Positions 1 through 13,143 of a DNA stretch of 64,000 nt are shown one piece after another; position 1 is the stretch's first letter, and each line of letters begins with the position of its first letter. The notes below the pieces were generated by a model. The model had not been told where the DNA came from. It ran no database searches and saw only the letters and a program-made list of their open reading frames with translations. Position numbers and translations under genes: made by a program. Source of the DNA: Phoronis australis (taxonomy: Eukaryota > Animalia > Phoronida); the NCBI GenBank assembly GCA_002633005.1, contig NMRA01000036.1:726440-790439 (forward strand), written 5' to 3'.

Positions 1-630
1 CCGACTCTCTGAGCCACATGCCCTGAGTACAGTGTACAAGATGTTTGAGCCATATGGCCTTATTACTGTACTGACTGTCTGAGTCACATGCCTTGAGTAC
101 ACTACAGGCTTTCTGAGCCATATGTCCTGAGTATAGTACCGGGTGTCTGAGCCACATTCCCTAGTATAATACAAACTGTCATGCCTATCTTTCGATCTGC
201 AAAATGTGAACAAAAGCAATTGCATCTTAAAAGTATTTGATAACATTCATATTGCAGGTCAGTCCTAGAATTATTTTGACAACTAGTTTCCAACCTCTTT
301 TTCATCCTTTCTCAAGTTGCATGCTTAGAATTGAATGCATGTGTCTATCAGAAAGCGATGATTCAACTTGCACATTGGGTACTGGTATTGTGAAAAGCTG
401 TTAAAGTTCAGGTCTGCAATATCACATTGGGTATAGGTGGACAGAGTCACTGTCTGGCTCAGGTTAATCGCCCATTTGTGTTATTACTCATTTTCAGACT
501 CCGTAATTTAAGTGTCAAGGCTCACTAATTTAAGTGTCCAGGCCATTAAACTTAACACTTACAGTAATACAAACACTTATTGAAAATGAGTTGCCTATCA
601 GTGATTGATTGATTGCTGGTATATTTGTAG

Positions 631-746
631 CGGAATCCCCATCCATTAGTGTGGTCTAAACTGAAGGGCTACCCATTCTGGCCAGCCAAGGCATTGAGAG
701 AAATTGATGGACAAGTGGACGTACGCTTCTTTGGAGCTCACGATAG
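631..746 (+). CDS. ZMYND8: ZMYND8 (PRKCBP1/RACK7) exon, PWWP domain N-part; gene starts upstream of the window
   Basis: ttgtag|...GATAG|gtattg; [39 protein letters not shown] matches the ZMYND8/11 PWWP motif. Confidence 0.93.
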
Positions 747-1059
747 GTATTGTAATGGTGCTGTTCATATTATTTCACCTTTAAGCCTCTTCTACTTTAC
801 TCAATGTCTTCATTTTCATGCTCCGGCATATATAAGTGTAAACTGGTGACAGGTCTTCTTTCAAGCATTTATTTTATTTTACAGAGAATAAATGCTTTAA
901 TGTTTTAAAAAGTTGTCTCTTTTTAGTGACTGTTATATATTAGTGTTGGACGTTCCGTGCTCAAATTAGACAGCAGGACTAGACGTCTTGCATGACATTA
1001 TGAAAAGTTATTACTGAAACTTAAGAGTGGTGAAAATAGTTTGATGTTTAATTAGACTT

Positions 1060-2390
1060 TCCCACAGTGTTTTGCAGACCTGTACCATATGCACAGAAAT
1101 TTGGCTTGCAGTATGCATGTACGCAAGACTAGGCAAAAATTCAAATTCACAGCAAATTATATACTGAATAGTAAGTAACGGAAGTTTTTTAAATTAGACA
1201 TTAAAAATAGATCTATTTGTATTATTTTAGCCAAAAACTTGTGCTGCAAAGTTGACGAATTTTGGACGGATTCCACTACCAGAGTGTGCCCCTAGTGACA
1301 ATTTTTTGCACTTACCTCTGTATCTTCAAATGTCAATGGATTTTCATGATATTTAGCATATAGGCATCAATTAGTGAGATGATACTATCCTCTCATTTTT
1401 TGATGGATTTGAGGTATTTTGCACCACCTAGTGGCCATTTTTACTGTTTTTAGTCTGTTTTTTTTGCCTCCATGCCTCTATCAACCAAACCACTCTAAGG
1501 ATGATTGTGGAAACTGGCATATACCTGTTCTCAGTGTTAAGAGGACAGTTGACGATGATTGTCGACGACTATGACTACTGTGGTGCATCCTAGTGGCAAT
1601 TTTGCGTCCATGGCTGTATCCCTTAAACCCAGTGCAGGATCTTTATTAAATTCAGCAAGTTTATTTATATGAAGTTGATAACAGATGACTTTCAGACTCT
1701 GTGCCCCCTAGTGGCACTTTTGTTTTTTCGTTTCAGTCTGTTTCTCATAAGATCCTTGACGGATTTTTATGAAATTTAATAAATAGGTTTCTTTTAAAGA
1801 GTTGATTACATGCTCCCGTTTTGGGATGGATTCAACATATTTTGTGCCATTTAGTGATCATTTTAACTGTTTTCTAGTCTGGTTTTGGCGTCCGCCCCTC
1901 TATCAGCCAAGCCACTCTAACGATGATTGTGAAAATCAGCATATACGTTTTTAGTGTGAAGAGGATGGTGGATGATGATTTTCCGATGCCTTTGACTACT
2001 GTGGCACCTCCAAGTGGCATTTTTTGCTTCTATAGCCATTCTCCTAAATCCACTGCAGGATCTTTATTAAATTTAGCAAGTGTATGCATATGAAGTTGAC
2101 AATGGACGATGACAACTTTCAGACGGATCTGGCAAACGTTGTGCACCCTGCTGGTATTTTTTTGTTCATTTTCTTTTGTTTCTCTGTCAGAAGTTTCTTG
2201 ACAGATTTTTATGAATTTTATTAAATTGCTTTCTATTAAAGAATTGATGACATGTTACCATTTACGCATGGATTCGACATTTTTTGCACCTTCTAGGGAC
2301 CATTTTTATCATACAAATAAACACTCCTAGAAGCACACGATATGAGGTGCATTCATGGGTGCATTTCAAGGCTCCGTGTTGCTCTTGTTT
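1060..2390 (+). mobile_element. Helentron-associated (HINE/DINE-1-like) element with degenerate ~145-bp internal repeats; 5' end uncertain
   Basis: Homologous to 21472-23076, including the 3' end cattcatgggtgca...gctccgtgttgctc. Confidence 0.65.
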
Positions 2391-4021
2391 CATTGGTGGT
2401 TATTTGAGCAAAAATTTCGCAACTGTTAGCGATGACACTGTCCTTTAATTGTTGACAATAGCTGTGGCCCCTGGCGATAACTTTCACAAGACCGGAGTTG
2501 CCCATTCATACCGTACCACAGCAACAATGTTCCACTGTTTAATTCCACCTGCTTAATGCGAATGGTATTGTTAACTTTGATCCAGGACTGAAGTTAAACC
2601 TTCATACTGACTGCAACTCCCCAACACATTGAAATATTGACATTAGTATGAATGGGCCTAATGAATAGAAATTATGTAAGTAAGCAGTCATTAGTTCTCT
2701 TTGTAGGTTTTGCAGCTTGAATTGATTCTTGTTGAGACTTAGTGCTCTGCTTTTCCTTTTCAGTGTCAGAAAACTAGTCATGCTGATTTATATGAGAATA
2801 AGCAACATAAATTTCAAAGCATGTATAACTATGACAACTTTAACCATTGTGTTCAGTTTTGTAAAACTGTTAATAATTAATTTTGTGCAACAAGAAACAA
2901 CCACACATTCGCTCAAGGTTGTTGACTGTTATGGAGAGAAAGGAAATATTTATTATAGTGGCATCTTCCTAAAAAATAGACAATATCATCTAGGGTGTCA
3001 CATAATTTGGATTGGGTATTTAAGAGTCCACCAAAATGAGGCACCTGGTGTATTTCAATGGCATTTTCCAGTTCTTCGTCATGTTCTTGTTGCAAAAAAA
3101 TCATATGAATTGTTGCGTTTTTTCACTAGTAACGTGACTGGACAAAATTTCTGAGGAACTTTACCATCGTGTCAGTTGACATGATCTCAAGCTGGTTCAA
3201 CTATAGCGGAAAGAAAATCATTTTGCTTAATAATTTTTTCATACGGGTGTTTCGGTATGTAGTAGCGATATCACGTGTTTGGTCAGGTCATTGTTAAATT
3301 TACTATCATGGTAGAAGTTTAGTATGATGTAGTGACAAAGGCTACGGTTACGACGATGTTCTAATCCCAATTTGCTACTAAATCTTTTGAGAAAAGAGCT
3401 TTAATTAGTGTTGGTTTGTCATTACAGTCATTTTTCACCATCTGTTAATGTAATTTTTTTGTAGTTCCAGTTTCAGATCAATAGGCAAAAATAAATAAAA
3501 TTAACCACTACAATCAATATAAGTAAATATATGTTTAATCTCTGGACACCAGTTTCTTGCTGTTATTTTATAATCCTTAGTGAGTCTTTCTCATGAAGTT
3601 TTAAACACCAGAGGCCTCTCTGTACAGCCTGGCCTCATGCACTCCTTACTCAGGCAGACGGCTCTTTGTACTAACCGGCCTCATGCTCTTGTAACATTCA
3701 GTTTGTCTGTCTTGGCATTGTGGATGATCTGCTTTGACCGTCACTTTCCTGGAAGATAGCATAGGTGAACTTATCACACTTTGGTAAACGACAGTCATTC
3801 TGGTCACTGCACTAGTCACTGCTCAAGTGATTATGTGCAAGGGTATTATGTAGTCAGGTCATGTGAATTTCTTAAAGTAGGTTTGTACTTTCGTTTGAGC
3901 TTGACCACTTTTTCATGTATAACACTTGTTAAATGGTAGTCATTCAAAGGTCTTTCACAGTTTGTTCTAGGCATGTCATCAGTCTCTTGCACATTTACCT
4001 TATGTGTGTCACTATTATTAG

Positions 4022-4144
4022 GTCTTGGGTGCCAGTGAGCCAGTGCTATATGTTGTCGAAAGAGTGTCCAACCCCTGTGAGAAAGAAGACTTCTGGCTTT
4101 GATGTAGCCATGGACGAGCTAGACACACACATTGAGCGACTGAG
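4022..4144 (+). CDS. ZMYND8: ZMYND8 exon, PWWP domain C-part
   Basis: Phase 2/2 with AG/GT sites; RSWVPVSQCYMLSKECPTPVRKKTSGFDVAMDELDTHIERLR continues the PWWP. Confidence 0.92.
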
Positions 4145-4372
4145 GTATGGTTCTACATTGAACTCTGTTAAACACACACATTGAATGGCTGAGGTGTGGT
4201 TCTACATTGAACTCTGCTAGACACACTCATTGAATGGCTGAGGTGTGGTTCTTATATTGAACTGTGACAGACACACACATTGAATGGCTGAGGTGTGGTT
4301 CTTATATTGAACTCTGCTGGACACACACATTAAGCGGCTGAGTTGTGGTTCTAATGTTAAACTCTACAAGAC
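4118..4372 (+). repeat. ~50-bp tandem repeat x5 spanning a ZMYND8 exon end and donor
   Basis: Unit gacacacacattgaatggctgaggtgtggttctacattgaactctgcta. Confidence 0.9.
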
Positions 4373-4510
4373 TAAGTGTGATTTCTTGCGGATAGGCATG
4401 GTTTTTTTATCACATGAACTGTAATAATCAAATGGATTTTATAGGTTTAATGTAATGGTAAATTGTTTGAAGACATTAAGTTTTGCACTGACTCTTCCAT
4501 TGTGTTTCAG

Positions 4511-4668
4511 GGCTAAATTTGGTCACTTTGAGTACTTCCGATTTCGGACACCTTATGACGAAAAACGAGTCTACATGCAGAATAAGCTGAAGTCTAATCG
4601 ACAGATGTCAACTGGGTTTATCAAGAAGAAATTGCAACAGAGCAATGAAAGTAAAACAAACCCTAATG
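4511..4668 (+). CDS. ZMYND8: ZMYND8 exon (end of PWWP region)
   Basis: tttcag acceptor; AKFGHFEYFRFRTPY resembles ZMYND8 KFGVFNYSPFRTPY; donor G|gtgtgt gives phase 1, matching the next exon. Confidence 0.85.
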
Positions 4669-4736
4669 GTGTGTCTGGTGCAATTTTAAAGCTACTACAA
4701 ACTCACAATCTATCAACAATACGATTGATTTATACC

Positions 4737-4929
4737 ATTGATCTTATTCACGCAGCCGCCATTTTAAAAATGGGCCTTTGTTAGGTTAAAAAACAATGCC
4801 TTTGAGACATAAATAGAACGAGGCACGCGAAAAAATCACATTTCTGCATTGTGATTCAGGGGAAAGCATTGTTTTCAAAACCTAAAAGGAGACTTTTTGT
4901 AATATGGACACTGCATGAATAAGGTATAT
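4737..4929. mobile_element. Degenerate MITE with ~60-bp imperfect TIRs
   Basis: cttattcacgcag..taggtt..aaaacaatgc pairs with gcattgttttc..aaccta..ctgcatgaataag. Confidence 0.55.
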
Positions 4930-5665
4930 TAACTGCTAGGAAGCAGCTCTCATCTTGTTCCATGCTCAGATGAGAACGTATTTATAAGCTTTAAATTAGC
5001 TAAACTGTTTCTTATTCCTTGATGGGACGTCTGGACCCATCCGAGGGCAGTTGCAGCAATGTTATTCCTTTATTGCTGCAAAACTGCCGGCACTCAAAGC
5101 TTGTGATGGATTTTGAAGCTTTTCCTCTTAAAATCCTCAATACGAACTTTAAAATCAGTGCCTATGTAAACAACAAAATTTTGGTCGACATTTCGTTTTA
5201 TTGTCTATAAACTTAAGCTTTCTCACGACAAAAGTTCACAAAAGTTCTCATATTTTGGCCAAAAACAAATGTGATAAAACCCGCAATTGTTTTAACTTAT
5301 TCAGCCCTTGCATAGTCCTCAAAAATCTATTTCTGCGCCTATGTGGTTATCTTCGTTTGTCGCTGCCCTGTTAGCGTAACCATGATCCATCGTGCAATAT
5401 TATTTTACTATTAATATTTGTCACCCGCAATCACATGTACTTCTTGGGTCCACGTTTGATGATGGCCTTATAGGCCAAATAACGTGTTTATAACAGAGCA
5501 CTTGAAAATACAAATTACTCGTGCTATAAGGCCACGGCTGTTTTATTAGCATTAAAAAACTTTCGGTTTTTGCTTTTGTTTCTATTCGTATTGTATTGAA
5601 TTTATTGTGTTGTATTTAAGTGCAAATTTAATTTTTTAATAACGAATAATGTGCATGTCTTCCAG

Positions 5666-6582
5666 ATTGTGTTTCTCCTGTCAGTCAACATGGCTCAGTG
5701 TCGCGTTGTTACAAGGTGGCGTTCAAGTCTTCAGCTGGTCGATTCAGCGCCTCACTGCGTCAGTCACTGAAGAGTGAAACTTCAAAAACACTTGACAAGG
5801 GATTGGCCATGAAAGCTGCGTCAGCTCTTCGCAGTAAATACAGCAGTATAAAGAGCTCGTGCAGGCGAAATTCAGCCAAAAATCTTAGTTTTAAGGGCGG
5901 TATCCCCCATTACAAGAGTTGCTCATCACAAAGTGATGTTGATAGTGACTCTGCTCGGGGAGTGTTGTTTGGAGCCAGTCACAAACAATTGGCAACGACT
6001 CATGACTCTGTTGTTGAGAGTTTGGTCACCAAACCAAAACTTACTGATATAAATGTCGTCACAAAATTAGCCGAAAAAATCAAAACATTTGGCGATGTCG
6101 ATGATCAAAGTACTATGGAAACGGAGGATGCAACAAGTTGTGATAAGTTGGTAGAGTCGAACTTTGGAAAGAAATCAAAGATGGATGAAGGCCTAAATAG
6201 CAGCTGCACACCTGTGACAGGTTGTGAGGGAGTGAGTGGAGAGGACTCAGTGGTGGCTGATGGGCAAGGTATCGGAAGTGAACAGGTGACAGGTGGTGAG
6301 AGTTGTGAGTTGAGTACAGGGGAGAATCAGAGTACAGTGGGATCAGTGATGGCTGATGGGCTAAGTGTAAGTAATGAAGAGGTGAGAGGTGGAGAGGAAG
6401 TTGAGATGAGTAGAGGAGACGCACATAGCCCAGCTTGTGAAGTGTCTAGTACTACAGTTATGTTTGCTGATGGAGCAGGCAAGGTGTCTCACTTGGCTGG
6501 AGCGGATGGCAAGGAATATCTTGAAAAACTTGAGAAAACTATTGCTTGTTGTAAGGCCAAACTAGGAATAACTGGACATGAG
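5666..6582 (+). CDS. ZMYND8: ZMYND8 large disordered exon
   Basis: 917-nt open frame, ttccag acceptor, GAG|gtaatc donor; ends LEKTIACCKAKLGI, similar to vertebrate ZMYND8 LDKTIESCKAQLGI. Confidence 0.9.
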
Positions 6583-6844
6583 GTAATCATTTGTACTGCA
6601 ACATCCTCCATGTAAGCCCATGGGCTTTTATTTGAATGTGTTGAATTTTATTCTATGGCTTTATAATTGTGTTGTATTTTAAATGTTCCCTTCTGACAAT
6701 TACACTTCATTATTCTCTATTTTGAACTTAGCAGTTTTGTTTTTACTTTTAATAATCTTGGAATGGTTTTAGCCAACCATTATTTCATAAATTTTGACAT
6801 TACTTACAGTATATTAGACACTCTCATTGTGGTGACCATTACAG

Positions 6845-6968
6845 GCTGGTGGTGACCTTCCTAACACCAGTGAGGACGAGGAACAGTATGACTCGGCTAA
6901 AAGTAACGCCAGTAGTGACTCGGACTCAGCCTCTGACAGTGTGTCTGGAGATGACAACTTGGTAAATG
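6845..6968 (+). CDS. ZMYND8: ZMYND8 acidic Ser/Asp-rich exon
   Basis: ttacag acceptor, G|gtatgt donor, phase 0 to 1 fits both neighbours; AGGDLPNTSEDEEQYDSAKSNASSDSDS. Confidence 0.8.
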
Positions 6969-8290
6969 GTATGTAAATGATTAGTTTTGTGGAGATAAGC
7001 ATACAGTTGTTGTCATAACTGTTATGACTAAGCTGTATACCAAGCAATTGACCAGTGCCTGTGCTTTCTTTACAAAAAATCGGTTAAGTTTAATCACGGC
7101 CATTTACACTGTGCTGGTCCCAAATTAGCCAGTGTTGTCTGGCTTTTTTGCCACAAGGGCTCGTAGACGCCTAGCGGTACCACCCCTGGACAGCCAGCCA
7201 TATTCCACCCTTGCAGTAAACGTGACTAAATTAAAGACACAAATTTTGGCTCTGTCATCTGTCAATAATTGGTTCATTTACAATCATGTCACTGCTGTTA
7301 TGAAATATACCTGCTTAAAAGGGAAACCTCTCCTGTTTTATGCAAATGTGCTCTCCTTGTTGGGTAAACCATATTTTGGAATAAGTTGAAATATTTAGGG
7401 TATACCGTCAATTTTGAGGCTATGCGGATAGTCAGCGACATCTTTTAATAAATTGAATTTAATGATTTAAAAATTGTTGAGTTAACACTCTTTGAACTAA
7501 GAACTAGTCCACTTAACCACTTGGTTAAATTTCTCAGTTGAGCTAGAATTGAAATCACATGTTTTTTTCAAGATTAGGTATCCATTATAACGTTGTACGA
7601 ATAATGACAAATTGTATCAAATGAGCGTGATATACAGTTGTTTGTAATGCAGAAAATACCATGATATCCTGAGTAATCACACAATATACACTAAATAGTC
7701 TGGTGTGTAATACACACCTTAATCACCAGTGATCAGGCAACATGCACTTGACAATGTGAGTAATGCAGTTATCTTGAGTGATCAGGCAATATACGCTCTT
7801 GTGTAATACAGAGATTTAAACAGTCATAGCTACAAGCTCCAGTTTTGATACACAATATATTTAGCTACACAGAAAGGATTTCCTAGCTTTCAATCAATAG
7901 AATGTTTCCATTATGGATATCTCCAACCTTATCACAAAAATTGTGACAGTCCCATTTTACAATATTTTTTCCATCACTCAACACAGTTAATGGGGTGTTA
8001 TTTTTAAAAGTGTGCTTAAAAAGTTGACATTGATTGCTGGTTTGGGTGGTGTGCTTATAAATTCCAGCTTTGGTACCTTTTTCGCAACCCCCATCTTCCC
8101 GATACAGCGTTGTCCTTCCCTACCGTTTTCTGTTCCTCTCATTGTTGTGTGCACCCTTCATCAAAACTCCAGAGGACCATGTGTGCTTTTGCTCATGCCA
8201 GAATTCAAATATCTTAGGCATGAACCCCAACAATGTCACAGTTATGTGTTCTGGATTGTGCTGATGTGTTTATGCCCTACTTTGTTCCAG

Positions 8291-8880
8291 AAAGAGGTGT
8301 GGCTGAGTCTGACTCGGACAGAAAGACCAGTATGAGTGAGCAACCTGCAACTAACTCTGCTCCTGCTGAGGAGAAGTCTAACCAGCCCCACGACATCACT
8401 CAACCTCATCCACTTAGTAACACTAACAATAATGCGGGAGATGTCACCATGGATACAGATCAGGCTGGCATTGTGATGCCAGCATTATCAAAGTCACTTA
8501 CTACTGATTCCGAATCAGACTCTGATACTGGGAAATTAGTTATAGATTGTGAATCAGAAACCCATGCAACAAAAACAAACTCAGACTCTGAGAAAGGTAA
8601 AACATCGAAGTGCCCAGATGATACTTGTTGCTCAGACAAGACCAGCGAGCCAGCTGTCATACTGAATGTTCCCTTACCTGAGCAAGCAGTGCCATCTGCT
8701 GATGGATCCAGTAAATCTTCCACTTCTTCAACTCTGGCAATCTCTGCTCTCGCAACATCTCAAAATGAAGCTACATCTGTAGATCTTGCTTCACCACCAA
8801 CTGCTGAGAAAACAAATGGGAGTGAAGCAAGAGGTGCGTCTCGCCAACTGGAAGAGACAATGGGCAAATATCATCGAGCT
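8291..8880 (+). CDS. ZMYND8: ZMYND8 disordered exon
   Basis: ttccag acceptor, GCT|gtaagt donor; contains DSDTGKLVIDCE, like ZMYND8 DSDSELVIDL. Confidence 0.88.
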
Positions 8881-9749
8881 GTAAGTTGTAGCAGTCGTTA
8901 CCACTTTAACACAAAGTAGAGATGGTTGGGTAAATAACTTCCAGTTGTAGGTTAAATAATCCTCACCACTCAAAACGTAAGTTAGAGACTGTTGGTACAT
9001 TAGTAAATACTACGCTGCAATTTGAAATAGTCGTTATTATTTTATGATAATGTAGAGACAATTGGGCTTTTAATAATGACACAGTGCGCAAACATTCGCA
9101 TGCGCAATCCAGCATATGAATGCACAAACCTGCACTTGCATGTGTGTAGTTCAAAAATACGAGCTGACAATTTGAAATTTCAAATTGACCATCCTACAAA
9201 TTTGAGTGTTTACGTCATTTTTCGATCGTTTGTATGTGCAAATTATAATCATTAGTGCACTCGAAAAATGATCTCAATGCTAAAGTCCGTAAGTTGTTAA
9301 ACTCAAAATTTTAAATTGTCCACTCATTGTTATGGATTGCACTTAGTCTAGCAAATGCAGGTTTTTGCACTCGTGTAACTTATGGTACACGTAAATGTTT
9401 GGGTGCCTTGAATGAAAGTTGTAGCAGTACTTACTATACGAACTTAATTATATTGAATGATACATTATTTAGCAGTTCAAAAATGGCCAACATTAAAGTA
9501 AGTCAGAATGAAGTGGTTTGTTTAGACAAAAATAAAACGTACAAACTCCATTCCGACAACAGTATAACGATAGGCAACTAAAAGCCTGAACTTATCTTAC
9601 TTTATGACACGAGTTTTTGTGAGGATTGCACAGAATCGAAATATTCGACACTTGCTGTTGTGTGAAAAGCAGGATGTTTCACAGTACTTAAACCACAAAT
9701 TTGACCAAGCTTGGTGATGTTAATGACGTGGTTATTTTTTATTTTCCAG

Positions 9750-9818
9750 CTAAATGAAACCACCGGTGCAATCATGAAAGATTTTTATAATGATTTGATA
9801 AAGCAAGGTTTTGGAAAA
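9750..9818 (+). CDS. ZMYND8: ZMYND8 short exon (helix before coiled coil)
   Basis: ttttccag acceptor, AAA|gtgagt donor, phase 0/0; LNETTGAIMKDFYNDLIKQGFGK. Confidence 0.8.
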
Positions 9819-10009
9819 GTGAGTATGAGTGTTTAGACACCTTTGTGTTTGTCAAATGTGTTATATCTTCTTTTTCATTGCTGCTGTTTGCCTGTCTTAT
9901 GTCTGTTTATTTTTTTTTCAATGTAATCTCCTAAATTTTTTGAAACTTTCCAAAAGTTTGTTGGATAGCATGATTATTTCTTCAAAGACATTTTGATTAG
10001 CAAGTGGTC

Positions 10010-10540
10010 AGGACACCAAGACCTCCCTTCCCACTCCCAGTTCAGGCCCACTCACACCAAGGCCTCCCTTCCCACTCCCAGTTCAGGCCCACTCACACCA
10101 AGGCTTCCCTTCCCACTCCCAGTTCAGGCCCACTCACACCAAGGCCTCCCTTCCCACTCCCAGTTCAGGCCTGCTCACACCAAGGTTTCCCTTCCCACTC
10201 ACAGTTCAGACCTGCACACACCAAGGCTTACATTCCCACTCCCAGTTCAGACCTGCTCACACTAAGGCATCCTTTCCCACTCCCAGTTCAGGCCTGCTCA
10301 CACCAAGGTTTCCCTTCCCACTCACAGTTCAGACCTGCACACACCAAGGCCTCCCTTCCCACTCCCAGTTCAGACCTGCTCACACGAAGGCTTCCCTTCC
10401 CACTCACAGTTCAGGCCTGCTCACACCAAGGCATCCCTTCCCACTCCCAGTTCAGGCCTGCTCACACCAAGGCATCCCTTCCCACTCCCAGTTCAGGCCT
10501 GCTCACACCATGGCTTCCCTTCCCACTCCCAGTTCATGCC
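10010..10540. repeat. 41-bp C-rich minisatellite, ~12-13 copies
   Basis: Unit cctcccttcccactcccagttcaggcctgctcacaccaagg. Confidence 0.95.
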
Positions 10541-11266
10541 CACTTACAGACGGACCAACCATGCTTCTGCACATCATTCCCTTTGAATGTCATTCTATAC
10601 CCTCTCCTCTCGGTCCACTTTCATGACCTCATAGATAATCTGTCCACACAAATTACGTGTGAAAAATGTTCTTACACACAAATTCTGTGCAATTTTGGTT
10701 ATTCATTTTAAATAGGATCATTTCACAAATACTATCTTTCAGCTGTAAAAATAAAAATGTCCGTGTATTGACTAGACTAATCAGAATAACGAGCATACAA
10801 TTAGGTAGACCAATCAGAATGCATCTAACAAAACTGCTGCACCCACTCACCAGTCAGTAAGGTCATCAATGTCATCTTGGAGTATGTAAACTCTTTTTAT
10901 TGGTAGAGCGTTCTGACCATTTTGTGTCAGTCTTTATATTTGAAGGTGAGCCCATATTTTGCCAATTGAACACAAAAATGTCGACCATCAAAATTATATC
11001 TTTCAATTTATTTTGTGATTGGGATAACATTTTTCAAGATTCTAATTTCAACAAATATATTGAATAATCACGCACCCTGGTTTCAGCTCACATTGTAAAA
11101 CGATCAACAAAATGGCCATTTTTTCAAATTGAATAATTTGATTTTAAGTTAATTTTGATTTCATGAAATTTACTCACTGATGAGTAACTTGGGTTTTGCT
11201 ATTTTCCAAACTTTGAGTCACTTGTGTTGTTTTTGAGTTATTTTCAGTTCGTGTAATTTTGTGAAC

Positions 11267-11573
11267 TGAGCAGGTATTATTCAGGGCTGGGCAGGTATTA
11301 TTCAGGGCTGGGCATGTATTATTCAGGGCTGGGCAGGTATTATTCAAGGCTTGGCAGGTATTATTCAGGGCTGGGCAAGTGTTATTCAGGTCTGGGCAGG
11401 TANGCTGGCAGGTGTTATTCAGGTCTGGGCATGTATTATTCAGGGCTGGGCAGGTATTATTCAGGGCTGGGCAAGTGTTATTCAAGGCTGGGCAGGTGTT
11501 ATTCAGGGCTGGTTAGGTGTTATTCAGGGCTGTGCAGGTATTATTCAGCGCTGGGCAGGTGTTATTCAGGGCT
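11267..11573. repeat. 21-bp minisatellite, ~14 copies, N at 11403
   Basis: Unit gggctgggcaggtattattca. Confidence 0.95.
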
Positions 11574-11812
11574 TGGAATTTTCCTCTTTTTAAGAGGAAA
11601 TTCTCTTTTTAGGTTTCAATTTCCTCTTTGATTTCCAGTTTTCTCTTTTTTCGTCTCTTTTCATCATTATTTTGACTCTATTCATGCAAAAACATTCATT
11701 TCAATAAAATTTTACAGCACAAAAATATTTCTATCACAAGCCTATTTATTTGTGGAATGATACATAACCTGGAAATTTTTCCTCTTTTTGTCATTGGGTA
11801 TTCCAAGCCGTG
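11567..11812. mobile_element. hAT-like MITE
   Basis: TIR CAGGGCTTGGAAT / ATTCCAAGCCGTG; TSD not retained. Confidence 0.55.
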
Positions 11813-12069
11813 GCAAGACACTTACTTTTTGAACTCTACAGGCATTATGACTAAGATAAGACACTTGCTTTGTGGATTGTGTATGTATTATGGCCATGAT
11901 AAGACACTTGTCTTCTGTTGACCTTGTGTCTGCTCAATATATGCTGTTTCTTTGTCATTTCCGTCAAGACAAAATTGCTTACGGTAATTCATGCATTTTC
12001 AATAACAGGTTAACATTTTATTTTTCAACATCTGCATTCAAAACCATTTCAAGTGTTTTCTTGTTTCAG

Positions 12070-12154
12070 CCTTCAAGTGGTCTGTCGCCTACTGAACTGC
12101 TGAGGCTACAGTGGAACCACCAGAGAGAAATAGCTGAAATTATGCACAACTGTG
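12070..12154 (+). CDS. ZMYND8: ZMYND8 coiled-coil exon
   Basis: LRLQWNHQREIAEIMHN matches ZMYND8 LQWLHQQELSEMKHN; tttcag / G|gtacag. Confidence 0.9.
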
Positions 12155-12733
12155 GTACAGTATATATGCATTTCAGGCGTTTGTATCTGTTCACTCAGTA
12201 TCTGCTATTGATGGGTGTTGATAAAATCGTGCGTATCTGTGCCAGGGTTCTCTTACAATGCGCCCTCTTAATGTTAGCTTAACCCTTCTTTCTGTTCCTC
12301 TTAAATTGTGTTTGGAGCCAAACACATTTTTTCTATAAAGGGCAAATTAAGTTTGTCAAATAGGCCTGGAATGCAAAAAAACAATGGAACTAAATTGCAT
12401 TATTCTTAGTAGTTCTATGCCACTGAAACAGAATTCAACCTGTTCACCAGGTATTTTGCTGTTTTTTTTGTAAAGATTCAGAATTTCTGTAGATGTCAAA
12501 ACATTTTTCTTTAAGTTTCTAATTTAAAAGAAATGATCTATCAACTGCCCGTCACTTCGTTGTTTTTTTACCTCAAGGGAAAGCACATCTTACATTTGGT
12601 TTGGCAAGACACAGATGTAGCACATTTCCCTCATATGGAACATGACCTTTGATGTAAACAAAACAATGGCGACTTTAAGCAGTAGCCAGTCGGATTAAGA
12701 TGTAACAAGTCCTAACCATTTAAAATTAGTTAT

Positions 12734-13143
12734 TTAAAGGTATTGTTGTATTGAAATATATTCTAATGTGCACTTGGAATTGTTTTTGGAAATCACTTGC
12801 CTCTCTGGCTTGCCTCATACTGTGCTGCTGAACTCAGATTTGGAGTGCGATCACACATAGTCGTTAATATCTGTCTTGTCAGTCAAGTGTTTGTCGAACA
12901 ACTGTTAACGCATGCGCGCATTTATCATAAGTGGGAGGGAGATTGGAAACTTTGTGGTGACCACAGAGTTTTTCCTCCACGCGAATTTCAAAAATCATGA
13001 ATTTTGTGATTTTTCTCTGGAAATTTCCTCACAGGAGAAAGTGAATAACTCTATAGTAGGCGTTGTGAGAGGAAACTTTCATCAAGCATTGTTAAAGTAA
13101 TATTTTTGACGAGTTTTCACGTTCCATGCGTATTACCCTTTAA
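12734..13143. mobile_element. Dispersed repeat, Kolobok-like ends (TTAA-AGG...CCT-TTAA); second copy at ~30915-31175
   Basis: ~260-bp direct similarity between 12868-13130 and 30915-31175; TTAA flanks. Confidence 0.55.

Noticed and set aside
9993-11631. Repetitive ORFs (235, 103, 105 aa)
   Set aside because: Translations of intronic minisatellites
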